Of a stretch of 64,000 nt of DNA, positions 51,065-64,000 are shown piece by piece; within the stretch, counting starts at the first letter, position 1; each line of letters begins with the position of its first letter. This stretch comes from Camelus ferus (Eukaryota), in contig NC_045698.1 of assembly GCF_009834535.1 (NCBI RefSeq), positions 8,682,001 through 8,746,000 on the forward strand. The letters run 5' to 3'. Made by a program: the position numbers and the translations under genes. Under the pieces are notes generated by a model that was not told the origin of the DNA, did no database searches, and saw nothing but the letters and a program-made list of their open reading frames with translations.

Positions 51065-51365
51065 TCTCTGTCACCAAGCTCGGCACCATCATTCCTGTAT
51101 TTCTTCAAGCAAGAGCATTGAAGTCATCCACCATCCATTTCTTTCCCTCACCAGCACATCCACAAACCACTGTGTCTGTCTCACCGCCTAAATCTTGATG
51201 GTGTTCATTCATTTCTCTCAGTCTTCATCACCACCTCCTTAGTGGTTATCACCTTCACCCGTCTAGCGGCCAATTTCCCCAATGGTGTCCTTCAATTCAC
51301 TCTTGGCTTTTCCTAGGGAGTCACAGTGACATATTAAATCTGCACCTCTTTTTTACACCCCTTCA
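51065..51365 (+). mobile_element. L2 fragment
   Basis: Pyrimidine-rich 'gcaccatcatt..caagcaaga..gtcatcc..ctttccctcacc..catcc'. Confidence 0.6.
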
Positions 51366-51369
51366 AGGG

Positions 51370-52330
51370 AAGAAGAACAGGTTGAAGGGAGTTTTCATCT
51401 AGATACAAGGACGTAAAGTGCCATAATTAAGACACCTTATTGCCGACCCAGCAATGAGCAAACTGATCGAAGAAATATAATAGACTGGAAGTGGCACAGG
51501 TGCACACAAATCTGATACATGACAGCTTTGTCCATATAGATCGGATGGGAAAGAATGGATTATTTAATAAAGAGTTCTGGGGCAATTAGTTGTCCACATG
51601 TAAAGAATAAAATTGAATGCCTTCTTTATGTATGCAAAAAAATACATTTTGGGTAATTCAAATATAAAAAACAAAACATACACAATTTTAGATAAAATAG
51701 GAGAATCCATTCATGACTTGACTTTATGGGAAAATTTCTTGAGCCAGTAACACAAAGCAAAACAACAAAAGAAATGATTACTATTGTCAACCACATTAAA
51801 ATGAAGAAAAACTCTAAAACCAAAAAATGAAGGAAATTTGCTATTCATCAAAAAAAGGAAAAGTGTAAAAAGTGAGATGATAGGCCAGAGTTAGGAAAAT
51901 ATTTGCAAAACATCAATGCAATGTGTGATATTCATAAGATAGAAAAAATCTAAATCTGAATAAAAATATATAAGTAACTCAGAGGAAAATAGGCAATTTA
52001 AAGGAGCGAATATAAGAGCGGCCAATGAACCTGCAAGGAATTTTCCAGTGCATAGGTAGTCAGGGAGATACGACACAATGAAATACCATTTCATATTTAT
52101 CAGACTGGTAAAAATTTTAGTTAGATAATGTCAAGTATCAGTGAGGATGTGGAACCATGGGAATGATTGTAGAAATGTAAATATAAGTTGAAATACACCC
52201 TTTGGCAAAACCTAACAAGTGTGGAAATATGCAACCCTGAAGTTACACCCCCAGGTGCATTACCTGCAGCGGTGCTATGACACCCGCAGGGAAATGTGTG
52301 CAACACGTTCACAGAATCACTGTTAGTGAC
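51370..52330 (+). mobile_element. Old L1ME-like ORF2 3' region
   Basis: 'gggaaagaatggattatttaataaa', 'ggaaaatatttgcaaaacat', 'acaatgaaataccatttca', 'gtgaggatgtggaac'. Confidence 0.8.
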
Positions 52331-53217
52331 AGGGTGAGAAAACAGGAGTCTCATTTCCCCCCTCTCCGAACTGATATCTCTTTCAGAGGGGAGTCCCTGA
52401 ACATCCCAGAAAAGGCGTGGCCGCTTTTACGAACATTTATGACTCCAGGCATGCTTCCTTCCTGGTAGCTACAACATGCAATTTTTTATTCATTTGGGTG
52501 ATCATTTTACTGCTTTTTTCTGACTCCCTATAAAATAAGCTCACGAATATGAGAAGTCTCATTGAGAGATTCGCCTTGTATATTAACATTGTCAAATCAC
52601 TGATACGTTTTATAGTTTTTCACAGTATTTCTCCAGTGATTTATTTTCCTACTTTTTGTTTTCACAAATATTGGTAGTAACTCTAGGAATGGGTGTACTC
52701 AAGAAAAAAAGGAAGAGGAAGAAATATTGATATGTTATGCTTAATTTAGAAGAAAAGTAAATTATTCAAGCGAAAGGACTTGGACATATAACCAGGACAA
52801 AAGTTATTTTGTTCCAGTTTAAGAGCAATTCCTGTAGTCCATGCTGCCTGATTTTCATAGTTGGGCACATGATGAAAAATCACAAGCACAGAAGATTAAA
52901 ACAAATATTATTTATTTTTAACACAGAGTTAACTGTAGAAGTTACTTAAGCCACACGTTGTAACTTCCTTTTTCTTTTTTGTCTGTTGTTTAGTTCAAAT
53001 TCTTGTTGGAATGAATTATAGTAGTAGTAAGAAAAATAACCAACTAATAAACAAGTAAAGAAAATGCCACGAGGGAAATCACAGAATATAGTTACTTTAT
53101 GTTAGAGATTTATATGCTTTACAATAACTATTTGATGAAAATATTCATCTTTCAATTATTGAAAGAATTTCTGAATTGTACAATGTACATGCTATAAACA
53201 GACTGAGGTGCATCTTT

Positions 53218-53749
53218 GTTTTCCCAGTTTTATTGAAACATAATTGATATACATCACTGTTTAAGTTTAAGGTGTACAGCGTGACTGTTTGATGCTACAT
53301 ATAATGCAAAATGATAACCACAGAAGGTTCAGCTAACATCCATCTTCTCATAAAGATACAATAAAAAGAAAAGAAAGAAGAAAAGAATATTGTCCTTGTC
53401 ATGAGAACTCTTAGGATTTACTCTCTTAATTTTCCTATGTATTGTACAGCAGTGTTAACCATATTACATCCCTAGTACTTATAAGTGGAATTATGAATCT
53501 TTTGACCAGTTTCCTCCATTTCTCCCTCCCCTACTCTCTGCCTGTGGTAACCACAAGTAGTCTGATCTCTTTCTATGAGTTTGGTGTTTGTTCTCATTTT
53601 TTTCTGGATCTAACATACAAGTGAGTCATACAGTATTTGTATTTCTCTAACTTATTTCACTTAATATAATGCCTTCAAGGTCCATCTGTGTTGTCCAGAT
53701 GGTAGGATCTCTTCATTTATTATGGCTGAGTAATATTCCATTGTATGTA

Positions 53750-53793
<44 letters not shown>

Positions 53794-56700
53794 ATCTATC
53801 TATCTAATCTATCTATCTATCTCACAACTTTTTTATCCATTCATCCTTCAATGGATAATTAGGTTGCTTCCATGCTTTGGCTGTTATAAATAATGCTGCT
53901 ATGACTATGAGAGTGCAGATTATCGTTTTGATTAGCATTTTCTTTTCCTTTGGGTGTTTCCAGAAGAGGAATTACTGGGTCATTTGGTGGTTCCATTTTT
54001 AATATTTTTGAGGGTCCTCCATACAGTTTTCCATAGCGGCTGCACCAGTTTACCATCCCACCAAAAGTGGGTTCCCTTTTCTTCACATCCACACCAGCAT
54101 TTGTTATCTCTTTTCCTTTTGATGATGGCCATTGTAACAGGGGTGAGGTGATATCTCCCTGTGGTTTTAATTTGCATTTCCCTAATGACTAGTGATGTTG
54201 ACTAACTTTTCATGTACCTGTTGGCCTTTTAAGTATCTTCTTTGGAGAAATTCAGTTCCTTTGTCCATTTTAAAATTGAGTTATTTGCTTTTTGCTATTG
54301 AATTGTATGAATCTTGTATATATTTTGAATATTAACCCTTGATCAGATAGATAATTTGCAAATATTTTCCCCACCCATTTTGTAGGTTGTCTTTTCACTT
54401 TGTTGATTGTTTCTTTTGCTGTGCAGAAGCTGTTTAGTTGACGTAGTCTCAATTGTTTATTTTTGATTTTGTTACTTGTGATTTAGGTGTCATGTCTAAA
54501 AAAAATTATCATCAAGATCCACGTCAAGGAGCTTTATTCTTATATTGTTTTCTAGGAGTTTTATGGCTTTAGGTCTTATATTTAGATCTTTCATGCATTT
54601 TGAGTTAATTTTGTGAGTAGTGTAAGGTACCCCTCCAGTTTCATTCTTTTACATATGAAATATTCAGTTATCCCAGCACCACTTACTGAAGACTGTCTTT
54701 TCTCCACTGAATATTCTTGGCTCTCTTGTTGAAAATTAGTTGACTGTATATGCATAGGTTTATTTCTGGGCTCTCAGTTCTGTTCCCTTGGTGTATTTGT
54801 CTGTTTTCATGCCAGTACCCATAAGGTTTTGATGACTGTAGCTTTGTAGCATAGCTTGAAATCAGAAAATGTGATGACTCCTGTTTGTTCTGCTTTTTCA
54901 AGATAACTTTGGCTATCTGGGGTCCTTTTAAGGTTCCATATAAATTTAAAAGTGCTTTTCTACTTCTGTTAAAAACGCCATTGGAATCCTGATGAAGATT
55001 GCATTCAATCTATGGATGACTTTTGGTGGTATTGACATTTTCACATTAATAGTTCCAATCCATGAATATGGAAAATGTTCCCATTCCATTTTCAAACTTT
55101 TAAGCTAGGGTTGTAAGTAACTTCTCCACTCTCATGACCATATTGCAGAATCGATCACTATGTGTTTACCGTTGCTAGTGAGAGTGATGCTGTCTTTTTG
55201 TGTTTTTATGATATTAATTAGTGTTCTTTTACTCCCACTCAAAGTTCTCCCTTTAGCATTTCTTGGAAGGCAGTCCTGCTGGTAATGAACTCCCTCAGCT
55301 TTTGTTTGCTTGGGAAAGTCTTTACCCCTCATTTATTTCTGAAGGACAGTTTGCTGGCTGTAGAATTCTTGGTTGACAGTTGTTTTCTTTCCATACTTTG
55401 AATATGTCATTCTATTCCCTTCTGCTTTTGTTGAGACATCTGTCCTAGTCTTATGGGGCCTCCCTGGTGCATTACTTCTCTCTTTTCTCTTGTTTCTTAA
55501 ATTTTTTTTTTTGTCTCTGACTTTTGACAATTTAATTATAATGTGTTTCATTGTGGCCCTTTCAGGTTAACCTATTTGGGGTCCTTTGGGCCTCACAGAT
55601 CTGGATGTCCATTTCTCCCTCCAGGTTTGGGAAGTTTTCAGCCATTATTGCTTTAAATATACTTTCTGTCCCTTTCTCTTTGTCTTCTCCTTCTGGAATT
55701 CCCATGAAGCAAGCATTGTTTATTTTCGTCATACCTTATAATTCCTGAAGGCTCTCTTCACTCCTTTTTCATTCTTCTTTTTCCTTTTTGCAGCTCTGAC
55801 TGGGTAACTCCCAGTGTCCTAACCTCCACATCAATGATTCTTTCTTCCATATGGTGGAATCCACTTTTAAAACTACTGAATTCTTTGTTTTGACTCTATG
55901 CTTTCTGCATTTTTTTATGCAGAAAAACTATTTCTTTGTAAAACTACTCATTTTGTTTGTGCATTATTTTGCTAATTTTTTTTAGTTATCTGTCTGTGTT
56001 TTTTTGTAGTTCACTAAACTTGCTTAAGAGAATTATTCTGAATTCTATTTCTGACAGTTCACAGATTTCCAGTTCTTTAGGGTCAGTTGTTGGATCTTTA
56101 TTAGTTTCCCTTGGTGGTGTCATATGTACCTTTCTTTTTGTGATCCTTGATTTCTTATGTTGGTATCTGTGCATTTGTATAATGGGACTCTTCTTCTAGA
56201 CTTCAGCAGTCAGCTCAGTTTGGGTTTCTGCATCTGCTGGTAACTTTCTTGGGCAGGTGGGATCTGATATTATGGTCCATTTTTTGGTGAGACAACTATT
56301 AGCGATCTGAGGACAGGGATCGGGGGTGTGCCACTGGCTGAGAACAGTTGGATAGGACTGCTGGCCGGGTTCCCTACCCAAGTGAGGCTGTAGGATGGGC
56401 TCCCTGATTGCCTGGATCCTCTGGTGGGGAAGCCACAGGCTGCACTCTCTCTTCAAATGTCCCAGTGATTGCACCTCGCAGATTTCCTTGCAACCTCGAT
56501 GGTGCAAGATCAGAATGAGGGCTCCCACAAAGTGACCCACAAGCAGGGTGCTCTTTTTCCCTCCAGGTTCTCTTTTCTCACTGAAGGAACAGGAGGCTCT
56601 GGGGAGGTGTCTCCCTGTGGTGCTGTGTGGATCTGAGGGAGGACAACGCCATCCACATGTAGCACTTCTGTTACCTTCTAATGCAATCTGTCCCGGTGTC

Positions 56701-56833
56701 TGAGGTGCAGGGGGTGCTTCAACCTCACTCTTTTGTTCTAGAATTCTCTCAGTGGTGTCCTGTTCTCAGTTCTTGTGAAGGGGAGGGAAGGCAGGTTTGA
56801 CCTATGTCACCCTCTTGGTGATGTCATTCCCTC
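53218..56833 (-). mobile_element. L1 with 5'UTR, ORF1, 3' ORF2 and 3'UTR, lacking the EN/RT part of ORF2; degraded
   Basis: ORF1 pieces (55986..56174 MTPPRETNKDPTTDPKELEICELSEIEFRIILL; 55333..55551 HIIIKLSKV); ORF2 pieces (53980..54177, 54270..54452, 54683..54901); TSD AGGTGCATCTTT (53206-53217) / AGGAGCATCTTT (56834-56845). Confidence 0.92.
53748..53822. repeat. (TCTA)n microsatellite within L1
   Basis: Seen directly. Confidence 0.95.
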
Positions 56834-57082
56834 AGGAGCATCTTTTTAAACAATTACAGTTATATTGTCTTATAATAAGACATGAAAGAATTATCACTCA
56901 GTGGGGTCAACGAGATGCTGCTTTAAACTCCTACATTTTGAATTCTCACCCTATGGCTTTCTGTTGTCACTGAGAAATGAAAGTGACTCCAAGCTCAAAT
57001 ATATTTTTGTAAAGTTTATGGCAAGCAATACATGAATTGCAATGTATTGATGTACTTATATTTTCCCCTAATTTTTTAACTA

Positions 57083-57200
57083 TTTTTTAAGTGAAGTACA
57101 GTCAGTTACAATGTGTCAATTTCTGGTGTACAGCACAGTGTCCCAGTCCTGCATATACATGCATATATTCGTTTTCATATTCTTTTTCATTAAAGGTTAC
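57083..57200 (-). mobile_element. Short lineage-specific L1 3' end
   Basis: GAAGTACAGTCAGTTACAATGTGTCAATTTCTGGTGTACAGC; same family as 17555-17679 and the 61.1-kb end. Confidence 0.85.
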
Positions 57201-57639
57201 ATTTCCCTTAAGTTTTTAGTAAGTTCTTTACTCTCCATCTATATTTAAATATCCATTGTTCATATCAGGCTGGATATTCCTAGAAATTATCTTAGTACAA
57301 AAGAAATATTCAGTAATACTCTTGAGTATGCCATTATAATGTGCTGATTTAGATAAGAAAATGAAATATGGATTCAGCATTAACAAGAAATCTCATGAAT
57401 AAACTTTTAATCTATGAGATTTAGCTCTCTAAATTTGAATTATATTTATGTGAATAATTATTATCCAAAACTGTTAAAATTAATCATATCAATTCTTCTC
57501 AAAAGGAAAATATTATTGTTGAGAATTACCATCAAAATAATCTCTCCCAAAATCTTAATTTGTATTCTAATTTGTTATAAAAGAAAGGATAGCAGAGGTC
57601 ATTCTGCTTTGGTTTTATTTTTTGGAATAGAAATAGTGT

Positions 57640-57715
57640 AGGCACAATTTCTCATCTGAAAAACAGGGATCCTCATACTGCCTACCTCACAATCTCATTG
57701 TGAATTCATATGTCA
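57640..57715 (+). mobile_element. MIR fragment
   Basis: 'aatttctcatctgaaaaacaggg..ctgcctacctcac..ttgtga'. Confidence 0.6.
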
Positions 57716-57989
57716 AGGAATAAAGAATTTATTTTTCCTCCTTTTGATCTTTACATGGTTTACTTTTATACACTGTTCTGAAGAATAGATATTGCAGGTG
57801 TGTTTGGGTTCTAGACCCCACACATGGGACTTTTGGAGGAAAGTAGATTTGATATATGGGACATGATAAAAAAGAGACCAAAGAACTTGTGAGCAGCTGG
57901 AGGAGACATAAAGATGTGGGCTGGTGGGTGTAATTCCCCAACATGCCCCTACGCTAGTATCTACATCTAGTTGGAAAAGTCTAGCAGGT

Positions 57990-58475
57990 TCTAGCTCTGG
58001 ACAGTGGTGTCGAGACTGTTTCCTGTTCTCACCAGTCACACTGTCTTACTTTACATTCTTTTCTCTAATCACCTGCACGGTCTTTCTACTCTTCTCTTTC
58101 TGTATCTTTTCCAACAATTCCAGCCACACTGGACTATTTACTAACTCTGGCCCTACCATGCCCAGCCACTTTGCCATTTTTTTCCTGCTATTTTGTCATC
58201 TCAGAATGTTCTGCCACTCCATCTCCATCTTGACAGCAAGGGAAGCTCTCCTTTCACGGTTAAGTCATTTCTGATCCCAACTGTCACAACTAAAACTGTC
58301 CTTTGTGCTGCCCAGCAAGTTTCCTGACACTCACTTCTACTTAGAGCCATCATACTAGTCATTGTGTCTGCCTGCCTCACGAGAGTTCATGCTTGTTGAT
58401 AGGAAATTAGACTTTTCTTCCATTTTCTTCACTTCAGGGCCTAACATTGTAGATTTCATAAAATATTAGCTCAAT
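57990..58475 (+). mobile_element. L2 3' region
   Basis: 'ccagccacactgga..cagaatgttct..tgtctgcc..cagggcctaaca..aaatattagc'. Confidence 0.6.
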
Positions 58476-60487
58476 ATTCTCTTCATACCAGTCCATCAGC
58501 AAAACTTAAAGTAAAAGTATGTGTCCCTGATTGGCAAAAAAAAGGATACTTGATTTTGACTGGAAAATAAACATGCGGCTTTGCGAAGTTGGTACAAAAA
58601 TCAATATTAATAAATCAAATCTACCAGTTGAAGCCATGCTCCCCAAGCAATTGAATGACAATTTTCTGACTCTATTTTTCCAAGCCATTCTCTACTACAC
58701 AGAAAATGGAGAGCCTATAAAATGTAGGTCAATTTTCCTTGTGCTCAGCAGGAATACAACTGCGGAGTTCAGTAACAGGCAGAACAAAAACACCCTCACA
58801 TTTCCTTTAGGAGTCTCTAGGTTATAAACTCTACATTTTCTAATTTGTGGTCAGAATCTCAATGTTTTTTGGTATGGTTGAAATATTTTGTCTGGCATAC
58901 TATATCCTTTCTCAAATATTTTTTTGGAAATGAAAGTTATACACATTTTTGTAAATAATACTACCAGTTCTAAGGATGTCTAATCAAGTAGCTGCTTCTT
59001 ACAAAAGTAATAAGAAAACACAAATGTAAAGTAGGAAAAATACCAATATTTACAACTTCATTATTATTAAATCCCTTTTATTCATTTAGATGTCTCACAT
59101 ATTCAGTCAGCTACTTCTCAAAATGTGTTTTATCATTCAAACCATAGAAAATGAAGTCATTATTCCAGTTTATCATATTTTCACACAAAAAGAAGGAAAT
59201 ATATTTCAGGATGTTTGAAAGATAGAGAATTTTGCATGTCCATGTATAAAATTAGCGTGCCCATAAAAGTTAAAACTTCTATATGCAAAAATGGGATCTG
59301 TTCTTTTTTCCCTGATAATAAAATGCACTCAGTAATGTTATTAACTAGTATTAAATATTTTACACTGAACAGTCTCCTTTATCTGAAAAATAAGAACTCA
59401 GATAAAAAAAAATAAGAAGGCACCTAACTTTGCAGCTTGTTTTGTAAATGTCAGTGTGGAAAAGGTACAACGTGCCAAAGATGTGGCTTTTAATTTTGAG
59501 TAAGGATGTGACAAATTACATGAGTGGTTGTGCCTTAGTCTTTTGGAAGATCATCCTTTATATGACATCAGTAATTTTAACACCTTTGAACATTTAGCTT
59601 TTCTCATGAAATTGGAAGTATATTTAAAGTTTTCTAAAGTATGAATTTCATGCAAGTTAGTGTTTGGTTATTTCATAAAGAAACATTGATGAAAAGAATA
59701 ATATATGGAATAAAGACAGTTTCACTTAAATTTTTTTTGGAATCAGACAAGTATGCATGTGTTCTAATAGGGCATTCTGCAAATTCACATTTATTTAGAG
59801 GACATAGAATTACAAAATCCAGATATCAGCGGATTTTATACCATTGTAGTACTGTTTTTGAATTAACACACCTTCCTACTTAATGTATTAGTTAATACAT
59901 TGAATAATCTTAGTGAGAACCCAAGTACTTGGTTTAGTCTTAAGGAATAACTTACACAATGATATATGTTGCTAAACTTTGTAAAGAATTTGATGATGAA
60001 TTATACATTTTACTGTACAAATGTCCAGCACAAACTGAGAGCCACAAAGTTAATTAAGCTCATATTCAAAACAAAGCAATTACTTAAAAGAGAATCCTGT
60101 CATTTAAAAAATAGAGTAATTTTTAAACATTTAATTATATAAGGGAGAGAATTCCCTATGTATAGATGTTTGCCTGAAAACATTCCAAGATTAGAAACCT
60201 GTCCACAAACATTCTGTGAACCTCTAGATACAGAGTCAGTTGAAGTGGTTTCCAGTTCCAAGGCAGCTCCACCACAGTGGCTCTGTTGTCTTGAACATTT
60301 TAATCTTTGCATGGCTTCATGCCACTCAGGACCTCTAGATACACAGAACGGGCTATACCTAACACGTTTCTAAGTCCCCCTGAAGCTATGCTGATGCAGG
60401 TGCTACATGGATATCTATTAATCTGAAATCTCAAGCACTGGTGATGCTGGTAGGAAGTGGGGAGGGTCAATAAAAATCAGAAAACAC

Positions 60488-61156
60488 TGGAGAATTGCCT
60501 GTTTAGTTCCTCTGCCCATCTTTGGATTGGGTTGTTTGCTTTTGTCATTAAGTTGTATGAGCAGTCTATACATTCTGGAAATTAAACCTTTGTCAGTAGC
60601 GTCATTTGAAAATATCTTCTCTCATTTCATAAGTTGTCATTTTGTTTTGCTTATGGTTTCCTTTGCTGTGCAAAAGCTTATAAGTTTAATTAGGCCCCAT
60701 TTGTCTGTTTTTGCTTTTATTTCTGTTGCCTGGGTAGACTGCCCTAGGGGAACATTGGTAAGATTTTATGTCAGAAAATGTTTTGTCTATGTTTTCTTCT
60801 AGGAGGTTTATAGTGTCTTGTTTTATATTTAAGTCTTTAGAAAAGAAAAAAGAAGACAATAATGAACTTATCTACAAAACAGAAACAAACTCATAGACAT
60901 AGTAAACAATTTTATTTTTATGGGGGGAAAGGTGGGTGGTAAGGCATAAATTGGGAGTTGGAGATTTGCAAATATTAACTGGTATATCTAAAGTAGATAA
61001 ACACCAATTTTCTGTATAGCACAAGGAACTATATTCAGTATCTTGTAGTAATCTACAATGAAAAAGTATATGAAAATGAATATATGTATGTACATGTATG
61101 ACAAACATTACGCTGTGCACCAGAAATTGACACATTGTAAACTGACTATACTTTAA
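60488..61156 (+). mobile_element. L1 with inverted 5' segment (60488-60839 antisense ORF2; 60840-61156 sense 3'UTR)
   Basis: Antisense ORF2 text joined directly to sense 3'UTR ending CCAGAAATTGACACATTGTAAACTGACTATAC; candidate TSD AAAAATCAGA at 60472-60481 and 61157-61166. Confidence 0.85.
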
Positions 61157-61914
61157 AAAAATCAGATCTCAGTGCATGGAAGGTGGTTAATGAACATAAA
61201 ACACTTTGTCAAGAATGTCAGTGGTGGTAGAGAAAGGGGGGTAGTTTGAAGATCAAGGACGATGTATTTCAATGTATTTCCCAGGCTAGAGGATGAGAAT
61301 AATGAATCTCTGGAATGGTAAACCCATAGGACACAGAAGATAAATTGACTTTATTCATCATTTGTTGAATTTGTGTGTGTGGCAAAGTATTGGGTACTTT
61401 GAAAGATGCTACTTAGATTTTTTTTCACGTTTAAGGCTTCGAAAGCTAATAGCACTGCTGCTGCTCATTTAAAGATCTTCTCTGTATTTTATATACGGGA
61501 GCAAGATTATCTTCTATCATTTTGAATAAATATTTATTTTAAAAGAGTGAATCCGGTTCCACATGCTACAAAAATTATACAAACAACATTTTTCCATTAT
61601 TTACACCAAGCCATGGTTTGTGCCTTGTACCTTTAAATATTTAATCATGTTATTTTTTCTCCCTCTGCTACAATTTGTAGACAGTTTACAGAAACAGAAG
61701 CAGTACATTGTAAAAAAAAAAAAAAGACTTTTCTACATTTCAGAAAATCAGGTTAATTTAGGTATAATAATAATGGTGGTTAGAGTTATTTAATAATGAA
61801 GATGGCTAAATGTAACAAAAAAATGTTAACAGGCATTTAAAGAAAATGTGGTCCTTCCTCCAATATATTTGATGAACTTTGAATTCAACAACAGCAAACC
61901 AGCTTATTTACTGC

Positions 61915-62390
61915 ATCTATTAGTTTCATATTGTTGCTGCAACAAGTTACTGCAAAAGTGGTTTTAAACTACACACATTTATTATCTTACATTTCTGGAG
62001 GTCAGAAGTCCAGAGTGGATCTCTCTGGGCTGAAATCTAGGTGTCCGCAGGTCTATGTTCCTTCTGGATGCTCTAGGGGAGGGTCTACTTGTTGCCTTTT
62101 CAAGCTGCTAGAGGCCACCTTCTTTCCAGGACCCTTGGCCTCTTCCTCCGACTTCAAATCCAGTAGGATAAAAGACACAGAATCATTTTCTGACTTTGAC
62201 CTCCTCTTCTGCCTTCCTCTTTGAATTTAAAGGGCCCTTATGATTATGCTGGTCCCACCTGGATAACCCAGGATACTCTCTTTATTTTATGATCATCGGA
62301 TTAGCAACCTTAATTCCATCTGCACCCTTGCTGTCTGAAACAGCAGATTCACAGGTTCCAGGATTAGTGTGTGAATATTTTATAGGGGTT
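61915..62390 (-). mobile_element. MLT1C/D-like (MaLR) solo LTR
   Basis: TATTAGTTTC..ATTTATTATCTTACATTTCTGGAGGTCAGAAGTCC..GATTAGCAACCTTAATTCCATCTGC..CACAGGTTCCAGGATTAG. Confidence 0.9.
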
Positions 62391-62672
62391 TACATTCGTT
62401 TAGGTCTTTTAATATGCTGATATCAATCTCAAAGCATTTTTTTGTGGGAGGATTAAATTATGTAATGTTTCTTAAGAATATCTTAATACAAAAGCTAATG
62501 ATTTCTTTCTTTCTTATTTTCTTTTTTAAAAAAATTAGGTGAGACTTTCAGAAAAGTTGAGTTAAACTAATATAAAAAGCATTCCACGTTCAAGTCTTTC
62601 TTCTGGTTCAAAGGAATTACATCTTGAGGCTCGAAGTCTGCTGCTTTCATTAACTGGGCTTGCTGGGCAATA

Positions 62673-64000
62673 GTCATTCATGCATAAGATATTTATTGAA
62701 TGCTGTTTTCCTCCAGTTTCCCCAGAAGCAGAGCTTGAGATGCTGATTCTACTTTAAGTGATTTACTGAGGGCGGGATCTTTGAGGGGGAAAAGGGGAGA
62801 GGAGTAGCGTGTAGCATGGCAGAGAAGAAGCAAGGCAAGAACAGATGTAGGGAGTCAGCTGGATACCGGTTTGATGCTAACCCTTCAGAGAAACACTGGA
62901 GCACAAATTGGACAGAATTTTCTTCATCCTGGTTGGCTGGTGCAAGCTGGGCAGACTTCTGTACTGTGCCAGTCAACATTGGCCAAGCCCCACATTTGCT
63001 AGGGAGCGTGGAGCCTCTCAGGTGAGAGTGACGGGACTCCCCAGAGATCAGCAAGCTTTCCTTTCAGCTGGGAGATGGGTGCACTTGCCGGTGGAGAGGA
63101 TGGGGCCGCTGACACCAGCATCCACTGTGAACCCCTCGGAGAAACCAGCTGTTAGTCAAGGCACTGGGTATTTCATAAGAAGCCAGACAAACGAGTCACT
63201 GCCATCCCGGAGCCTGCTCTCTTGGGCTAAGACGGTAAATAAATGCAGAAATTGTGTACTTTTGGGCAATGATAATTGCTGTAAGAAAATGAAGGAGAGC
63301 AATAGGATAGCAGTGATCACATGGAAGTTGGTAGAGCATTTTTTTTCCCACAGAAGTTGTTTCTGGATAATCTATCTCTAAATGGAACATTTGAGCAAAG
63401 ACCGGAAGGATGAGAATGATTCCAGTTCTGGGGACATGTTGGGGAGAGGATGAGTTACAGACCTTCAGCAAATGTAAAGGCCTTGAGGTGGAGATGGGCA
63501 TGCCTACTGATTTATCCTGAGAGGGCTCAACAGTGCTAGAAGAACTGAGGGGTTCACAGGGTCGATGATGTGGGCCTTTGTTGGTCATGGATGTGTGTTT
63601 GGGTTTTTTTCCAAATGTAATGTTGCATATAATGGAAAGCCATTAAAGAATTTCAAGCAAGAGGATTGCATATACAAGATAATTTACAATTTAGAATGTT
63701 CCCTTTAGTGACTGTATAGAGTTGGACTATAGTGAGCAAAGAGTGGAGAGACGAGGAAAAGGAAGGGGGCTTCTAGAGGAGACCGCATGAGAGATGATGG
63801 CCTTGGCCCAGTGTGGACCAGCTTGGTAAAGTGACAAGTGATTAGATGAAGATATATTTTGAAGGCAGAGCATTCTGATGTTTTGGGTGTTGGAGATGAG
63901 GAATGAAAAAGTCAAGTTATGGCAATAACCTAATTGGTTCCACTTGACAAGAGGCTGAAGGCTGGGGAGCAGGTTTGGTGGACATGGCTGGGAACACAGT
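62673..64000 (-). mobile_element. L2a 3' region, interrupted by the LTR and running off the window end
   Basis: 'tcattcatgc..atatttattgaatgc' terminus, then 'acatttgagcaaagaccggaaggatgag', 'tgtaaaggccttgaggtgg', 'gagatgatggccttgg'. Confidence 0.85.
62705..63150 (-). mobile_element. LTR33-like ERVL LTR nested in L2
   Basis: 'tttccccagaagcagagcttgagatg..tgatttactgagg' resembles the start of the 20621 element. Confidence 0.6.

Noticed and set aside
62908..63381. Longest ORF (157 aa)
   Set aside because: Spans an LTR/L2 junction, starts at a non-ATG codon and has no recognisable domain
1..64000. Supplied ORF track as protein-coding genes, or a prokaryote-style novel system
   Set aside because: ORFs are short, scattered over both strands, and are L1 remnants, low-complexity or unrecognisable; the sequence is mammalian and repeat-rich with no operon or array structure

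Overview
AT-rich mammalian genomic DNA, most likely camelid (camel/llama/alpaca), inferred from two Vic-1-type tRNA-derived SINEs and several short L1 3' ends sharing the motif CCAGAAATTGACACATTGTAACTGACT. I could not recognise any protein-coding exon, RNA gene or CRISPR array; the window reads as intergenic or deep-intronic. By eye, roughly 40% is transposon-derived: L1 of several ages, L2, an ancient CR1/L3 relic, MIRs, MaLR/ERVL/ERV1 solo LTRs, and MER2/Charlie DNA transposons. The short ORFs supplied are mostly chance ORFs or decayed L1 ORF1/ORF2. The most notable structures are a TSD-bounded L1 that keeps both ends but lacks the EN/RT part of ORF2 (53.2-56.8 kb), a twin-priming-type inverted L1 (60.5-61.2 kb), a GC-rich block with a G4 motif and a perfect-Kozak 76-aa ORF (6.0-6.3 kb), an exon-intron-exon-like unit (13.7-14.3 kb), a CpG-enriched ETS/NF-kB motif region (34.7-36.9 kb) and a CTCF-like motif (43.5 kb). 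I found no convincing novel biological system. Repeat subfamily names come from recalled consensus similarity, not a database search, and boundaries without a TSD are approximate.
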